DNA of 64,000 nt. It comes from Magnetococcales bacterium DC0425bin3. Lineage in GTDB: Bacteria > Pseudomonadota > Magnetococcia > Magnetococcales > DC0425bin3. Below the pieces are notes generated by a model, which worked only from the letters and a program-made list of their open reading frames with translations, searched no databases and was not told the origin of the DNA. This document shows positions 18,801-27,521 of this stretch, piece by piece. The position numbers and the translations under genes are program-made. The number at the start of each line of letters is the position of its first letter. The stretch's first letter is position 1. The stretch is taken from NCBI GenBank assembly GCA_002753665.1, contig PEAP01000005.1:10159-74158 (forward strand), given 5' to 3'.

Positions 18801-18963
18801 CCGTCCATGAGGGACGGCTCCGTCAGCGGGCCTTCGCGTCTCCGGGGTCACTCGATGGGCGGTTGCCGTTGTTCCGGCCGCCCCGGTTCCATGTTTCATC
18901 CCCCTGCCAGCCGCGCCGGCCCTGCGTTTCCTTCGTCTCCGTTACGAAAGAAAGGGTTCCGCC

Positions 18964-19740
18964 GTGCCCGTCGTGTTCTGTCTGCTGGTGCTGCTGTTGC
19001 CGCTGCCCGTTCGGGCGCATTTCCAGTTGGTCTACAGCCCCCAGGTCCTCCTGGACCATCCCGCCACCCTGGAGTTCCGGCTGGTCTTCGCCCACCCCCT
19101 GGCCAACGGGGTGGTCATGGACATGGAGCCGCCCCAGGCCTTCTGGTATCACCACAAGGGCCAGCGGGTGGATCTGCTGGCCGCCCTGCGGACAATCGCC
19201 TGGCGCGGGCCGGACAACAGCGCCGCGGCCTACGGGGCCAGCGTGAGCCTCAAACGCAACGGCGACTACGTCTTCGTGGTGGAACCGACGCCCTACCTGG
19301 AAAAGCACGAGGATCTCTACATCCAGCAGATCGCCAAGAGCCATGTCAACAAGGGCGGCCTGCCCACCGGCTGGGAACAGCCCCTGGGCCTGAAAACCGA
19401 AATCGTGCCCCTGGTCAAGCCCACCAGCGTCCTGGTGGGCGGCACCTTCAGCGGGCAGGTGCTGTCCGGCGGCCGGCCGGTGGCCGGGGCCCAGGTGGAG
19501 GTGGAATGGCTCAACGGCCTGCCGGATGTCCAGGCCAACGCCTTCGGTTCCAGCCGGGTCACGCCGCCCGGTGCGGCCCTGGTGGTCATCACCGACGCCA
19601 ACGGGGTGTTCACCTTCGGCATTCCCCGGGCCGGCACCTGGGGCTTCGGCGCCCTGGGGGTGGGGCCGGATACGCACTACAAGGACAAGAAACTCAGTCA
19701 GGACGCCGTACTCTGGATCAACGCCGTCGAACTGCACTGA
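18964..19740 (+). CDS. DUF4198 / COG5266 (CbiK-like) periplasmic component of the cobalt/nickel uptake system
   Basis: 258 aa with a signal peptide (MPVVFCLLVLLLPLPVRAH, GTG start). Its size and its position first in the operon after the B12 riboswitch support the call. Confidence 0.6.
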   Translation: MPVVFCLLVLLLPLPVRAHFQLVYSPQVLLDHPATLEFRLVFAHPLANGVVMDMEPPQAFWYHHKGQRVDLLAALRTIAWRGPDNSAAAYGASVSLKRNGDYVFVVEPTPYLEKHEDLYIQQIAKSHVNKGGLPTGWEQPLGLKTEIVPLVKPTSVLVGGTFSGQVLSGGRPVAGAQVEVEWLNGLPDVQANAFGSSRVTPPGAALVVITDANGVFTFGIPRAGTWGFGALGVGPDTHYKDKKLSQDAVLWINAVELH

Positions 19741-19741
19741 G

Positions 19742-19806
19742 TTCGATGGATGGGGGAGGCCTCCCTCCACCCTCCACTGAAAGCCGCTTCCCGGCTTCCA
19801 CGGTAA
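19742..19806 (+). repeat. BPR copy g (complete, intercistronic)
   Basis: TTCGATGGATGGGGGAGGCCTCCCTCCACCCTCCACTGAAAGCCGCTTCCCGGCTTCCACGGTAA. It begins 2 nt after the DUF4198 gene stop and ends 23 nt before cbiM. Confidence 0.9.
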
Positions 19807-19829
19807 CCGGCAGCGCAAGGAGACTGAAC

Positions 19830-20492
19830 ATGCATATCGTCGATGGAGCCCTGTCCGGACCGGTGCTGGCCGCCGGCGGCGCCGTGACCCTGGCCGGAAC
19901 CGCCTGGGGCCTGCGGTCCATCGGGGAACGGGAGATTCCCCGGGTGGGCCTGTTGAGCGCCGCCTTCTTCATGGCCTCGCTGATCCATGTACCGGTGGGA
20001 CCGTCCAGTGTCCACCTGATCCTCAACGGTCTGATCGGCCTGGTGCTGGGCTGGCGGGCTTTTCCGGCCCTGCTGGTGGCCCTGCTGTTGCAGGCGGTGT
20101 TCTTCGGCTTCGGCGGGGTGGTGGTGCTGGGGGTGAACGTGGCCAACATCGCCCTGCCGGCGGTGCTGATCCACTTCCTGCTCCGGGACGCCCTGGGCCG
20201 TTTCCGGGGGCGCACGGCCGTGTTCGCCATGGGCCTGCTGGCCGGCGCCGGGTCCATCATGGGCACCACCCTGCTGGTGGCCGCCAGTCTGGCCGGCAGC
20301 GGCCAGGAATTCCTGCCCGCCGCCGAACTGGTGTTCTTCACCCACATCCCGGTGATGGTGGTGGAAGGCCTCCTGACCGGGGCGGCGCTGGTGCTGATCC
20401 GGCGGGTGCGGCCGGAGCTGCTGCATCGGGTCGCGGAGGCCGCGCCCCTGGCTGAGCCCGCCCCGGCCCTGGCCGCGGAGGGACGGTCATGA
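19830..20492 (+). CDS. cbiM: Cobalt/nickel ECF transporter substrate-capture component CbiM
   Basis: It has the MHIVDGAL N-terminus and a polytopic profile. The ATG is 23 nt after repeat copy g. Confidence 0.85.
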   Translation: MHIVDGALSGPVLAAGGAVTLAGTAWGLRSIGEREIPRVGLLSAAFFMASLIHVPVGPSSVHLILNGLIGLVLGWRAFPALLVALLLQAVFFGFGGVVVLGVNVANIALPAVLIHFLLRDALGRFRGRTAVFAMGLLAGAGSIMGTTLLVAASLAGSGQEFLPAAELVFFTHIPVMVVEGLLTGAALVLIRRVRPELLHRVAEAAPLAEPAPALAAEGRS

Positions 20493-21301
20493 GCCGCGTT
20501 CTTCTGGCGGTTCTGCTCCTGGGCCTGGCCTGGCCCGGTTCCGGGGCGGCCCACAACATCATCGCCGAGGTCTATGTGGAAGGCACCCTCATCGAGGGCC
20601 AGGTGGGCTTCAGCAACGGCAGCCCCGCCCCCGGAGCCGGGGTGACGGTCCGCGGCCCGGACGGGGACTCCCTGGGCCAGGTCCAGACCGATCCCGAAGG
20701 GGTCTTCCAGTTCCGGGCCACCCGGCGCGTGGCTCACCAGTTCGATGTGGATGCCGGGGCCGGGCATGTGATCACCCTGCGGGTGGCCGCCGAGGACCTG
20801 CCCGAGCATTTGGATCAGGGCCCCCCCGCGCCGGCCGGCGCCACCGACCTGGGCGGCCCACGGCCACCCCATCCGGCAACCGGAGCAGTCACCCCGGTGG
20901 CGGTCACTTCGATGGATGGGGGAGGCTTCCCTCCACCCTCACCCGATGAAAGTCGTTCCGCGACTTTCAAGGTAACACCGGGGGAATCCACGACCCCGGT
21001 GGTGGCCCCGGAGGATCCCATGCCCCCCGAGGCCGAAATGGCCGGGGAAACGGCGTCCGCACCCCCGCCGGTGGCCGCTGCGCCGGCTCCGGTCGGCACG
21101 GCCCTGGACGAACAGTGCCTGAGCGAATTGGTGGAAAAGGCCGTGGCCCGCCAGGTGAAGCCCCTGCGCCAGCGGCTCCAGGCCCTGGAGACCGCGGTGC
21201 GCTTCCAGGACGTGCTGGGCGGGCTGGGCTACATCCTGGGGCTGACCGGCCTGGGGCTGTGGCTGACGGTGCGCCGCAAGGGCGGAGGCGACGCGCCATG
21301 A
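20489..21301 (+). CDS. Cbi/Nik transporter accessory protein (CbiN/NikL-like position): signal peptide, beta-rich domain, C-terminal TM
   Basis: 270 aa, overlapping cbiM by 4 nt and cbiQ by 4 nt. It has an N-terminal signal peptide and a C-terminal TM (LGGLGYILGLTGLGLWLTV). A repeat copy is read through in frame (SMDGGGFPPPSPDESRSATFKV). Confidence 0.55.
   Translation: MSRVLLAVLLLGLAWPGSGAAHNIIAEVYVEGTLIEGQVGFSNGSPAPGAGVTVRGPDGDSLGQVQTDPEGVFQFRATRRVAHQFDVDAGAGHVITLRVAAEDLPEHLDQGPPAPAGATDLGGPRPPHPATGAVTPVAVTSMDGGGFPPPSPDESRSATFKVTPGESTTPVVAPEDPMPPEAEMAGETASAPPPVAAAPAPVGTALDEQCLSELVEKAVARQVKPLRQRLQALETAVRFQDVLGGLGYILGLTGLGLWLTVRRKGGGDAP
20908..20975 (+). repeat. BPR copy h (complete, inside the cbi accessory ORF, in frame)
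   Basis: TTCGATGGATGGGGGAGGCTTCCCTCCACCCTCACCCGATGAAAGTCGTTCCGCGACTTTCAAGGTAA. Confidence 0.9.
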
Positions 21302-22080
21302 GCCATGCCCTGGGCGTGAGCCGACCCCGGGGCCTGGAGGCCCTGCCCGAAGGGCATTGGCTGCAGCGCATCGATCCCCGCACCCGCATCGTGGCGGCCA
21401 TGGCGTATGCCTTTCTGCTGGTGGCCTGTCGGGATCTGCGGGTGCTGGGGATCGGGCTGGGGATCGGGGTGGGCCTGATGCTGGCCGCCCGGCTGCCCCT
21501 GGGACCGACCCTGCGCCGCACCCTGGGGGTGGACCTGTTCATCGTGATGCTGCTGCTCCTGCTGCCGTTCACCACCCCGGGCCAGGTCTGGTTCCAGTGG
21601 GGCCCCCTGACCGCCACCTGGGACGGCCTGTGGCGCGGGGTGGAAATCGGCCTCAAGGCGGCGGGCGTGATCCTCATGCTGCTGGTGCTGGTGGGCACCA
21701 TGGACGCCACCCGTCTGGGCCATGGCCTCCACCGGCTGGGGGTGGCGCCCAAGCTGATCCATCTGCTGCTGTTCACCGTCCGCTACATGGGGGTGCTGCG
21801 GCGGGAGTTCCTGCGCCTGCGCCAGGCCATGCGCGCCCGGGGCTTCGTGCCGCGCAGCGACCTGCATACCTGGACCAGCTACGGCTACCTGTTCGGCATG
21901 CTGCTGGTGCGCAGCCTGGAGCGCTCCGAACGGGTGCTGGACGCCATGCGCTGTCGGGGCTTCGACGGCCGCTTCCACCTGCTGGACAGCCTGCGCCTGG
22001 GCCAGGCCGACTGGGCGTTCGGCACGGTCTTCGCCGCCGGGCTGATCCTCCTGGGCGGCCTGGAATGGGCCGGCGGATGA
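21298..22080 (+). CDS. cbiQ: ECF transporter transmembrane (T) component CbiQ
   Basis: ATG 21298 (ATGA overlap). The LQRIDPRTRIVAA start and the polytopic profile are typical of CbiQ/EcfT. Confidence 0.85.
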   Translation: MSHALGVSRPRGLEALPEGHWLQRIDPRTRIVAAMAYAFLLVACRDLRVLGIGLGIGVGLMLAARLPLGPTLRRTLGVDLFIVMLLLLLPFTTPGQVWFQWGPLTATWDGLWRGVEIGLKAAGVILMLLVLVGTMDATRLGHGLHRLGVAPKLIHLLLFTVRYMGVLRREFLRLRQAMRARGFVPRSDLHTWTSYGYLFGMLLVRSLERSERVLDAMRCRGFDGRFHLLDSLRLGQADWAFGTVFAAGLILLGGLEWAGG

Positions 22081-22727
22081 GCGCCCTGTTCGAGCTGCAG
22101 GGAATCGGGTTCGGCTATGATCCCCAGCGTCCGGTGCTGTCCGGGGTGGATTTTCGTCTGGAGCCCGGCGAGCGGGTCGCCCTGATCGGTCCCAACGGCG
22201 CCGGCAAGACCACCCTGCTGCACCTCATGGTGGGCCTGCGCAGCCCCCAGGCCGGCCTGATCGCCGCCTTCGGCCGGGTGCGCCGGCGGGAGGCGGACTT
22301 CCGCGAGGTGCGCCAGCGCGCCGGCCTGCTGTTCCAGGACTCCGACGACCAGCTGTTCAGCCCTACCGTGGCCGAGGATGTGGCCTTCGGCCCCCTCAAC
22401 CTGGGCCTGGACCGGGTGGCGGCCCTGGAACGGGTCCGGGTCACCCTGGAGCGCCTGGGCCTGACCGGTTTCGGCCCCCGGGTCACCCACACCCTGTCCG
22501 GCGGGGAGAAACGCCTGGTGGCCCTGGCCACCGTGCTGGCCATGGAACCGGAAGTCCTGCTGCTGGACGAACCCACCAACGGCCTGGACCGGGACGCGGC
22601 GGCCCGGCTGTTCGCCATCCTCGACGGCCTGCCCCAGGCCATGGTGGTGATTTCCCACGATCATCTGTTCCTGGAGCGCCTGACCCGGCGCGCGGTGCAT
22701 CTGGAAAGGGGCGGGGGTCGGGACTGA
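22077..22727 (+). CDS. cbiO: ECF transporter ATPase CbiO
   Basis: ATG 22077 (ATGA overlap). Walker A is GPNGAGKTTLL, the signature is LSGGEKR, and Walker B is LLLDEP. Confidence 0.9.
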   Translation: MSALFELQGIGFGYDPQRPVLSGVDFRLEPGERVALIGPNGAGKTTLLHLMVGLRSPQAGLIAAFGRVRRREADFREVRQRAGLLFQDSDDQLFSPTVAEDVAFGPLNLGLDRVAALERVRVTLERLGLTGFGPRVTHTLSGGEKRLVALATVLAMEPEVLLLDEPTNGLDRDAAARLFAILDGLPQAMVVISHDHLFLERLTRRAVHLERGGGRD

Positions 22728-22753
22728 CCGGTCCGGGCCACATCTTTCGTCGG

Positions 22754-23371
22754 CTATCGGGTGAATTCCATCCGGGCCACCCGGTTCCGCCAGTGGGCGA
22801 CGCCATGGACCAACCGCTCCCCCCACAGCAGAGTCAGGACGGCCGTTTCCACCAGGGCGGGCCGGTAGTCGGCCTTGATCAGCCAATAGTGGTGCAGCAG
22901 GGCCAGCAGGGCGATGGGGTGGACCAGACGGTGCAGCCGCCGCCAGGCTGTTGCTCCCAGGCGTCGGGCCACCGCACGCGGGGAGGTGGCGGCCAGGGGC
23001 AGCATGAGCAGCAGGGCCGCCAGGCCCAGGGTCATGAACGGGCGTTTGGTCAGGTCGGCGGCGATGGCCGGCCAGAAGAAGGCCTGGTCCAGCCCCCCAT
23101 AGGCTCCCAGGTGCAGCAGGGCGTAACCGCAGGTCAACAGGCCCAGGGGGCGGCGCAGCACCGCCAGGGGCGGCCAGCCCAGGCGCCGCCGCAGGGGCGA
23201 GACCGCCAGGGTGGCCAGCAGCAGCCACAGGGCGCTCTGGCCCAGCTCCCGGATGACGGCCTCGATGGGATTGGCCCCCAGGGCGCCGTTGGCGAACCGG
23301 ATCCCCAGCCAGCCCAGGGGGGCCAGGGCGATGGGCCACGGCAGGAGTTGCAGGACGGTGGTGGGTTTCAA
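22754..23371 (-). CDS. msrQ: Protein-methionine-sulfoxide reductase heme-binding subunit MsrQ (YedZ)
   Basis: From TTG 23371 the product reads MKPTTVLQLLPWPIALAPLGWL..GANPIEAVIRELGQSALWLLLATLAVSPL, which parallels the E. coli MsrQ layout. The longer track ORF would overlap msrP. Confidence 0.8.
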   Translation of the reverse strand: MKPTTVLQLLPWPIALAPLGWLGIRFANGALGANPIEAVIRELGQSALWLLLATLAVSPLRRRLGWPPLAVLRRPLGLLTCGYALLHLGAYGGLDQAFFWPAIAADLTKRPFMTLGLAALLLMLPLAATSPRAVARRLGATAWRRLHRLVHPIALLALLHHYWLIKADYRPALVETAVLTLLWGERLVHGVAHWRNRVARMEFTR

Positions 23372-23391
23372 GCGGATAGCTCGGATTACAA

Positions 23392-24354
23392 CTAGCGAAG
23401 CGCCGTCGGATCCATGCCCCGGTACAGAGGGGCCACCTGCTGCTCGTAGCCGTTGTAGGGCAGGGTGGGACGCTTGAGGAACTCGCCGATGCGTCGTTCC
23501 CGGGACTGGCTCCAGCGGGGGTGGTCCACCGCCGGATCGACGTTGGCGAAGAAGCCGTATTCCTGGGGGGCGTGGCGGTTCCAGGTGGTGTGGGGACGCT
23601 CGGTGACCAGGCGGATGCGGACGATGGACTTGATGCTCTTGAAACCGTATTTCCACGGCACCACCAGCCGGATGGGCGCGCCGTTCTCGTTGGGCAGCAC
23701 CCGGCCGTACAGCCCCACGGCCAGCAGGGTCAGGGGGTGCAGGGCCTCGTCCAGGCGCAGGGCCTCCTGGTAGGGCCAGGGCAGCAGGCGGCTCTTCTGG
23801 CCCGGCAGGCGCTCCGGGTCGAGAATGGACTGGAACACCACATACCGTGCCCGGGAGGTGGGTTCCAGCCGCTTGAGCAGCCTGCCCAGCGGAAACCCCA
23901 CCCAGGGAATCACCATGGACCAGGCCTCCACGCAGCGCAGCCGGTAGATCCGTTCCTCCAGGGGATGGGCAGCGTGGGGCGAGAGCAGATCTTCCAGGGC
24001 CAGGGTGACGGGACGCTTCACCTCCCCCTCGATGACCAGCGACCAGGGATCGGTCTGCAGGGCCTTGGCGTTGGCCTGGGGATCGGATTTGCCGCTGCCC
24101 AGTTCGTAGAAGTTGCTGTAGCCGGTGATGTCGTCGTAGCTGTTGGATTCTTCGTCGGAGGGAAAGGCGCCGGGCTTGCGATAGTCCAGGATGCGGCCCG
24201 TGGGGGTCCTGGCCAGGGCCAGGGACGGCAGGCCGAGCCCCAGGGCGGCCAGGAGGGAGGCAACGCCGGCGCCGATGAAACGCCGCCGCTGCCGGTAGAC
24301 CCCTTCCGGGGTGATGTCTCTGGCGGGAATCTCCGCCGGTGTGCCGATCAGCAT
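23392..24354 (-). CDS. msrP: Protein-methionine-sulfoxide reductase molybdopterin subunit MsrP (YedY)
   Basis: 320 aa with a twin-arginine signal ([20 protein letters not shown]) and a sulfite-oxidase-family body. It lies upstream of msrQ. Confidence 0.88.
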   Translation of the reverse strand: MLIGTPAEIPARDITPEGVYRQRRRFIGAGVASLLAALGLGLPSLALARTPTGRILDYRKPGAFPSDEESNSYDDITGYSNFYELGSGKSDPQANAKALQTDPWSLVIEGEVKRPVTLALEDLLSPHAAHPLEERIYRLRCVEAWSMVIPWVGFPLGRLLKRLEPTSRARYVVFQSILDPERLPGQKSRLLPWPYQEALRLDEALHPLTLLAVGLYGRVLPNENGAPIRLVVPWKYGFKSIKSIVRIRLVTERPHTTWNRHAPQEYGFFANVDPAVDHPRWSQSRERRIGEFLKRPTLPYNGYEQQVAPLYRGMDPTALR

Positions 24355-24399
24355 CCTGGCTTACTCCTGTTCGAGATGACCGAGGCTTTCCCCATCCAA

Positions 24400-24813
24400 T
24401 CAGAGTTTATTGCCGGCCAGCAGTTCCTTCAGGTTGGCGAATGGGCTGTGGGTGGCCGCGGCCGGTTCCGGATCCGCCGCCCCGTCATCCCCGCCCCGGG
24501 CCTGGTATTCGACCTGGCGGGCATGCTCGTTGTCGTGGCAATAGATGCAGAGGTTTTCCCAGTTGCTGCCGTCCGGGGGATTGTGGTCGTGGTTGTGATC
24601 CTTGTGGTGGACGGTCAGTTCCACCAGATTGTCCCGTTCGAACACCCGGCCGCAGCGGGCGCAGACCAGCGGATGGATGCGCAGGGACTGTTCCCGGTAA
24701 CCCGCCATGCGGGTATCCCGGTTCTGGCGGGCGTCCCGCACCAGGGAGTCCAGCCGTTCGGGGCGTTTGAGCCCCTTCCTGGGGCGGGGGGTGCTGTAGG
24801 ATCCGATCGCCAT
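24400..24813 (-). CDS. YajD-like HNH endonuclease family protein
   Basis: From ATG 24813 the product is 137 aa. The HNH core is CARCGRVF..LTVHHKDHNHDHN..NLCIYCHDNEH. Confidence 0.75.
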   Translation of the reverse strand: MAIGSYSTPRPRKGLKRPERLDSLVRDARQNRDTRMAGYREQSLRIHPLVCARCGRVFERDNLVELTVHHKDHNHDHNPPDGSNWENLCIYCHDNEHARQVEYQARGGDDGAADPEPAAATHSPFANLKELLAGNKL

Positions 24814-24961
24814 GGGGGAGAACCTCCGTGGAAATGCCATCGCCGGGTCAGGAGTGCCATTGTGACCGAATCCTGGTCCCGGGCCAAGGACAGAACCATG
24901 TTTCCGGTCCGGTCCTGGCGGCGAACCCGGTTGCCAGGGAGTGGAACAACGCATTAACGTT

Positions 24962-25028
24962 GCAGGGATGGGGGAAGCCTCTCCCTCCACCCTCGGACCA
25001 TGAAAGCCGCTCCGCGACTTTCATGGTC
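24962..25028 (+). repeat. BPR copy i (complete)
   Basis: GCAGGGATGGGGGAAGCCTCTCCCTCCACCCTCGGACCATGAAAGCCGCTCCGCGACTTTCATGGTC, between the HNH gene and the CI-like repressor gene. Confidence 0.85.
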
Positions 25029-25104
25029 ATCTGGCAGGATGGTATGATCTCAAGCGAAACGCTGTCGACACAATCCATGCCAGCCAGGAGGTGGTCGAGG
25101 GAAG

Positions 25105-25830
25105 ATGAAGAGGAGCGGCACAATGCCCAACACCCTGAGCGGCCGGATCCGCATCGCCCGGGAGCAGGCGGGGTTCACCCAGAAGGAGCTGGCCGACCGG
25201 GTGGGGATCAGTCAGACGGCGGTGCATAAACTGGAATGCGGCCGGTCCCGTTCCTCCCGACGCACCGTGGCCATTGCCATGTCCTGCGGGGTGGATCCGG
25301 TCTGGCTGGAAACCGGCCAGGGCGAGCGGCTGGTCGGCGGCGTCGTTCCCCTGGGCGGCGCCGAGGCGTTGGACGGTTGTCAGGACCGGATGGCGGGGCG
25401 ACTGGCCCGGTCCCGGGGTTCCGGGGACAGGGATCCCGGTGTGGGTCCGACCCGCATTCCGCTGATTTCCTGGGAGGAGGCCCTCACCTGGGGCAAATCC
25501 CTGCTGGTGCCCCGGGTCGATACCTGGATCCCGGTGTTTCCCCGGGTCAATCCTCTGTCCTACTCCCTGCGGGTGACCGGGGATTCGATGGAAATCGAGT
25601 TCTGCGAAAACGATCTGATCCTGGTGGATCCCACCCGACTGCCGGGACACAATCAGTTCGTGGTGGTGGGGGTGTCCGGAGACGGACAGATCCACACCAC
25701 CTTCAAGCAGCTGGTCATCGATGGCCCCCAGCGCTATCTCAAGCCCCTCAATCCCCGCTATCCCATCATCCCCATCGACGAGCGGACCGTGTTCTGCGGG
25801 GCGGTGGTGGCCAAGTTCAAGGAGTATTGA
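25105..25830 (+). CDS. CI/LexA-like repressor: XRE HTH + S24 peptidase domain
   Basis: The HTH is GFTQKELADRVGISQTAVHKLECG. The S24 region has VTGDSME and a downstream Lys (TFKQL). The start is 25105 or 25123. Confidence 0.8.
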   Translation: MKRSGTMPNTLSGRIRIAREQAGFTQKELADRVGISQTAVHKLECGRSRSSRRTVAIAMSCGVDPVWLETGQGERLVGGVVPLGGAEALDGCQDRMAGRLARSRGSGDRDPGVGPTRIPLISWEEALTWGKSLLVPRVDTWIPVFPRVNPLSYSLRVTGDSMEIEFCENDLILVDPTRLPGHNQFVVVGVSGDGQIHTTFKQLVIDGPQRYLKPLNPRYPIIPIDERTVFCGAVVAKFKEY

Positions 25831-26083
25831 GCGGCCGGGTGATGACCAGCACCACCGGCCCGTCCGGGCGGGGATCGGTGGTCACCGCCAGGCCGCGTTC
25901 CGCCAGGCGCGTGTACAACAGGCAGGGAACCCGGCTATGATGCACGGTCAGGCTTTCCCCCGGCCGCAGCAGCGCCGTGCGCTCCAGGATGCGCCGCAGC
26001 GGTTCCGGGGCCGGGAGGTTGGAGACATCCAGAATATTCCCGGTGGGCGGGATGGCCCCATCGTCGGGGCTGGCGCCACTCAT
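25817..26083 (-). CDS. DUF2249 (TusA-fold-like) small protein
   Basis: 88 aa from ATG 26083. ILDVSNLPAPEPLRRILERTALLRPGESLTVHHSRVP fits the DUF2249 pattern. The long track ORF (to 27772) is an antisense artefact upstream of this start. Confidence 0.6.
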   Translation of the reverse strand: MSGASPDDGAIPPTGNILDVSNLPAPEPLRRILERTALLRPGESLTVHHSRVPCLLYTRLAERGLAVTTDPRPDGPVVLVITRPLNTP

Positions 26084-26152
26084 CGCGTCGGACCTCGTGC
26101 CGTTGGGATGGAAACCGAACCGACAGGATAAGGGATTTCGCACCGCACCGCC

Positions 26153-26836
26153 ATGACCACGCCCACCGATGCCGAATTCATCCCGGCCCTGCCGCTGTTC
26201 CTCGATCTGCGGGGGCGCCCCTGCCTGGTGCTGGGCGGGGAGGGTGCCGAGGGCGCCCGCAAGACCCAGGCGCTGCTGACGGCCGGGGCCCGGGTCACCC
26301 TGCTGGCCCACCGGCCGGACCCGGCCCTGCAACAGGCGGCGGCGGCCGGCCGCCTGCGCTGGTTGCAGGAGGAGTTCCGGCCCGACCATCTGGAGGGCAT
26401 GCGCTTCGTCCTCAGCACCCTGGAGGACGAGGCCGTCAACCGGCGGATGTTCGCGGCGGCGGAGGAGCGGGGCATCTTCGTCAATGTGGTGGACCAGCGC
26501 CGCTTCTGCTCGGCCATCTGGCCGGCGGTGGTGAGTCGCCCGCCGGTGATCGCGGCCCTGTCCACCGGCGGGACCAGCCCGGCCCTGGCCGCCCACCTGC
26601 GCCGGCGTCTGGCCGCCCTGCTGCCGGAGGCCATGGGCGACCTGGCCCGCTGGCTGGGAACCTGGCGCCGCCCGGTGGCGGAGCGGATTCCCGTCCTGGC
26701 GGAGCGCAGCCGGTTCTGGTACGCCCTGATGGAAGACGGGCTGGTGGAGCGCTTTCTCGAAGGCGGCGCCCGGGCGGCGGAAGGCATCCTCCAGCGCCAC
26801 CTGCGGGATCGGGACGCCGGCCCCGGCGCGGATTGA
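26153..26836 (+). CDS. Precorrin-2 dehydrogenase / sirohydrochlorin ferrochelatase (SirC/CysG N-terminal-domain type)
   Basis: 227 aa. LPLFLDLRGRPCLVLGGEGAEGARKTQALLTAGARVTLLA is the typical siroheme synthase N-domain Rossmann start. Confidence 0.8.
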   Translation: MTTPTDAEFIPALPLFLDLRGRPCLVLGGEGAEGARKTQALLTAGARVTLLAHRPDPALQQAAAAGRLRWLQEEFRPDHLEGMRFVLSTLEDEAVNRRMFAAAEERGIFVNVVDQRRFCSAIWPAVVSRPPVIAALSTGGTSPALAAHLRRRLAALLPEAMGDLARWLGTWRRPVAERIPVLAERSRFWYALMEDGLVERFLEGGARAAEGILQRHLRDRDAGPGAD

Positions 26837-27007
26837 GCTTCGTCCCCCGTGCCTGGCGCCTGTTTCGGCCTGATTTTCCTTATGATTCGGTCTTCCCTTA
26901 CAATTTGGCCCCGGAAGATACAGAATCCGGCTTTTCCCGTGGGCAGGGATTGCATTAGACTGCGCAATCCAGGCGGGGAGGCGGGACGATCCCGACTGGT
27001 GGGGAGG

Positions 27008-27075
27008 TTGCCGTGGAAGCCGAAAAGCGGCTTTCATCGGTGGAGGGTGGAGGGAGGCCTCCCCCATCCATCTGA
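27008..27075 (-). repeat. BPR copy j (complete)
   Basis: TTGCCGTGGAAGCCGAAAAGCGGCTTTCATCGGTGGAGGGTGGAGGGAGGCCTCCCCCATCCATCTG, upstream of the Hpt gene. Confidence 0.9.
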
Positions 27076-27169
27076 AATTGGCCAGACTGGTGTGGACGTT
27101 GGGAAGAGGGGGGACTGTGGACAGGTTTTGTTTCGCCATGGGTCGTACTGCCGATCTGGGAGGGGGAGC

Positions 27170-27481
27170 ATGACATCCGGACCCGACAAGGTTGTGGTGC
27201 GCATCGATCATGATCTGGAAGAGATCGTTCCGGGGTATTTGAAAAACCGCTGGAACGATGTCGAAGCCATGCGCAATGCCCTGAAACAGGGTGATTTCGA
27301 ATCGCTGCGGGTGCTGGGACACCGGATGAAGGGCTCGGGGGCCGGTTACGGCTTCGACGCCATCACCGAGATCGGCCGGGGCGTGGAAAATGCCGCCAAG
27401 ACCAGCCAGGCCGGGGAAATCGCACAGGGCATCCAGGATCTGGTGGCTTACCTGGAGCGGGTGGAAGTCGTCTACGAATGA
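27170..27481 (+). CDS. Hpt (histidine phosphotransfer) domain protein
   Basis: 103 aa from ATG 27170, with the RBS GGGAGGGGGAG. The phosphorylatable-His context is LGHRMKGSGAGYGF. The track N-terminal extension runs through repeat copy j. Confidence 0.75.
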   Translation: MTSGPDKVVVRIDHDLEEIVPGYLKNRWNDVEAMRNALKQGDFESLRVLGHRMKGSGAGYGFDAITEIGRGVENAAKTSQAGEIAQGIQDLVAYLERVEVVYE

Positions 27482-27521
27482 GCCCGGTGTACCACCAGCG
27501 GCCGTGAGGGAGATTCCGGCA

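Noticed and set aside
18286-18963. Several ORFs (137-197 aa, both strands) between the DUF5615 gene and the cbi operon
   Set aside because: The region is explained by a cobalamin riboswitch and its leader. The ORF products are Pro/Arg/Gly-rich with no start context.
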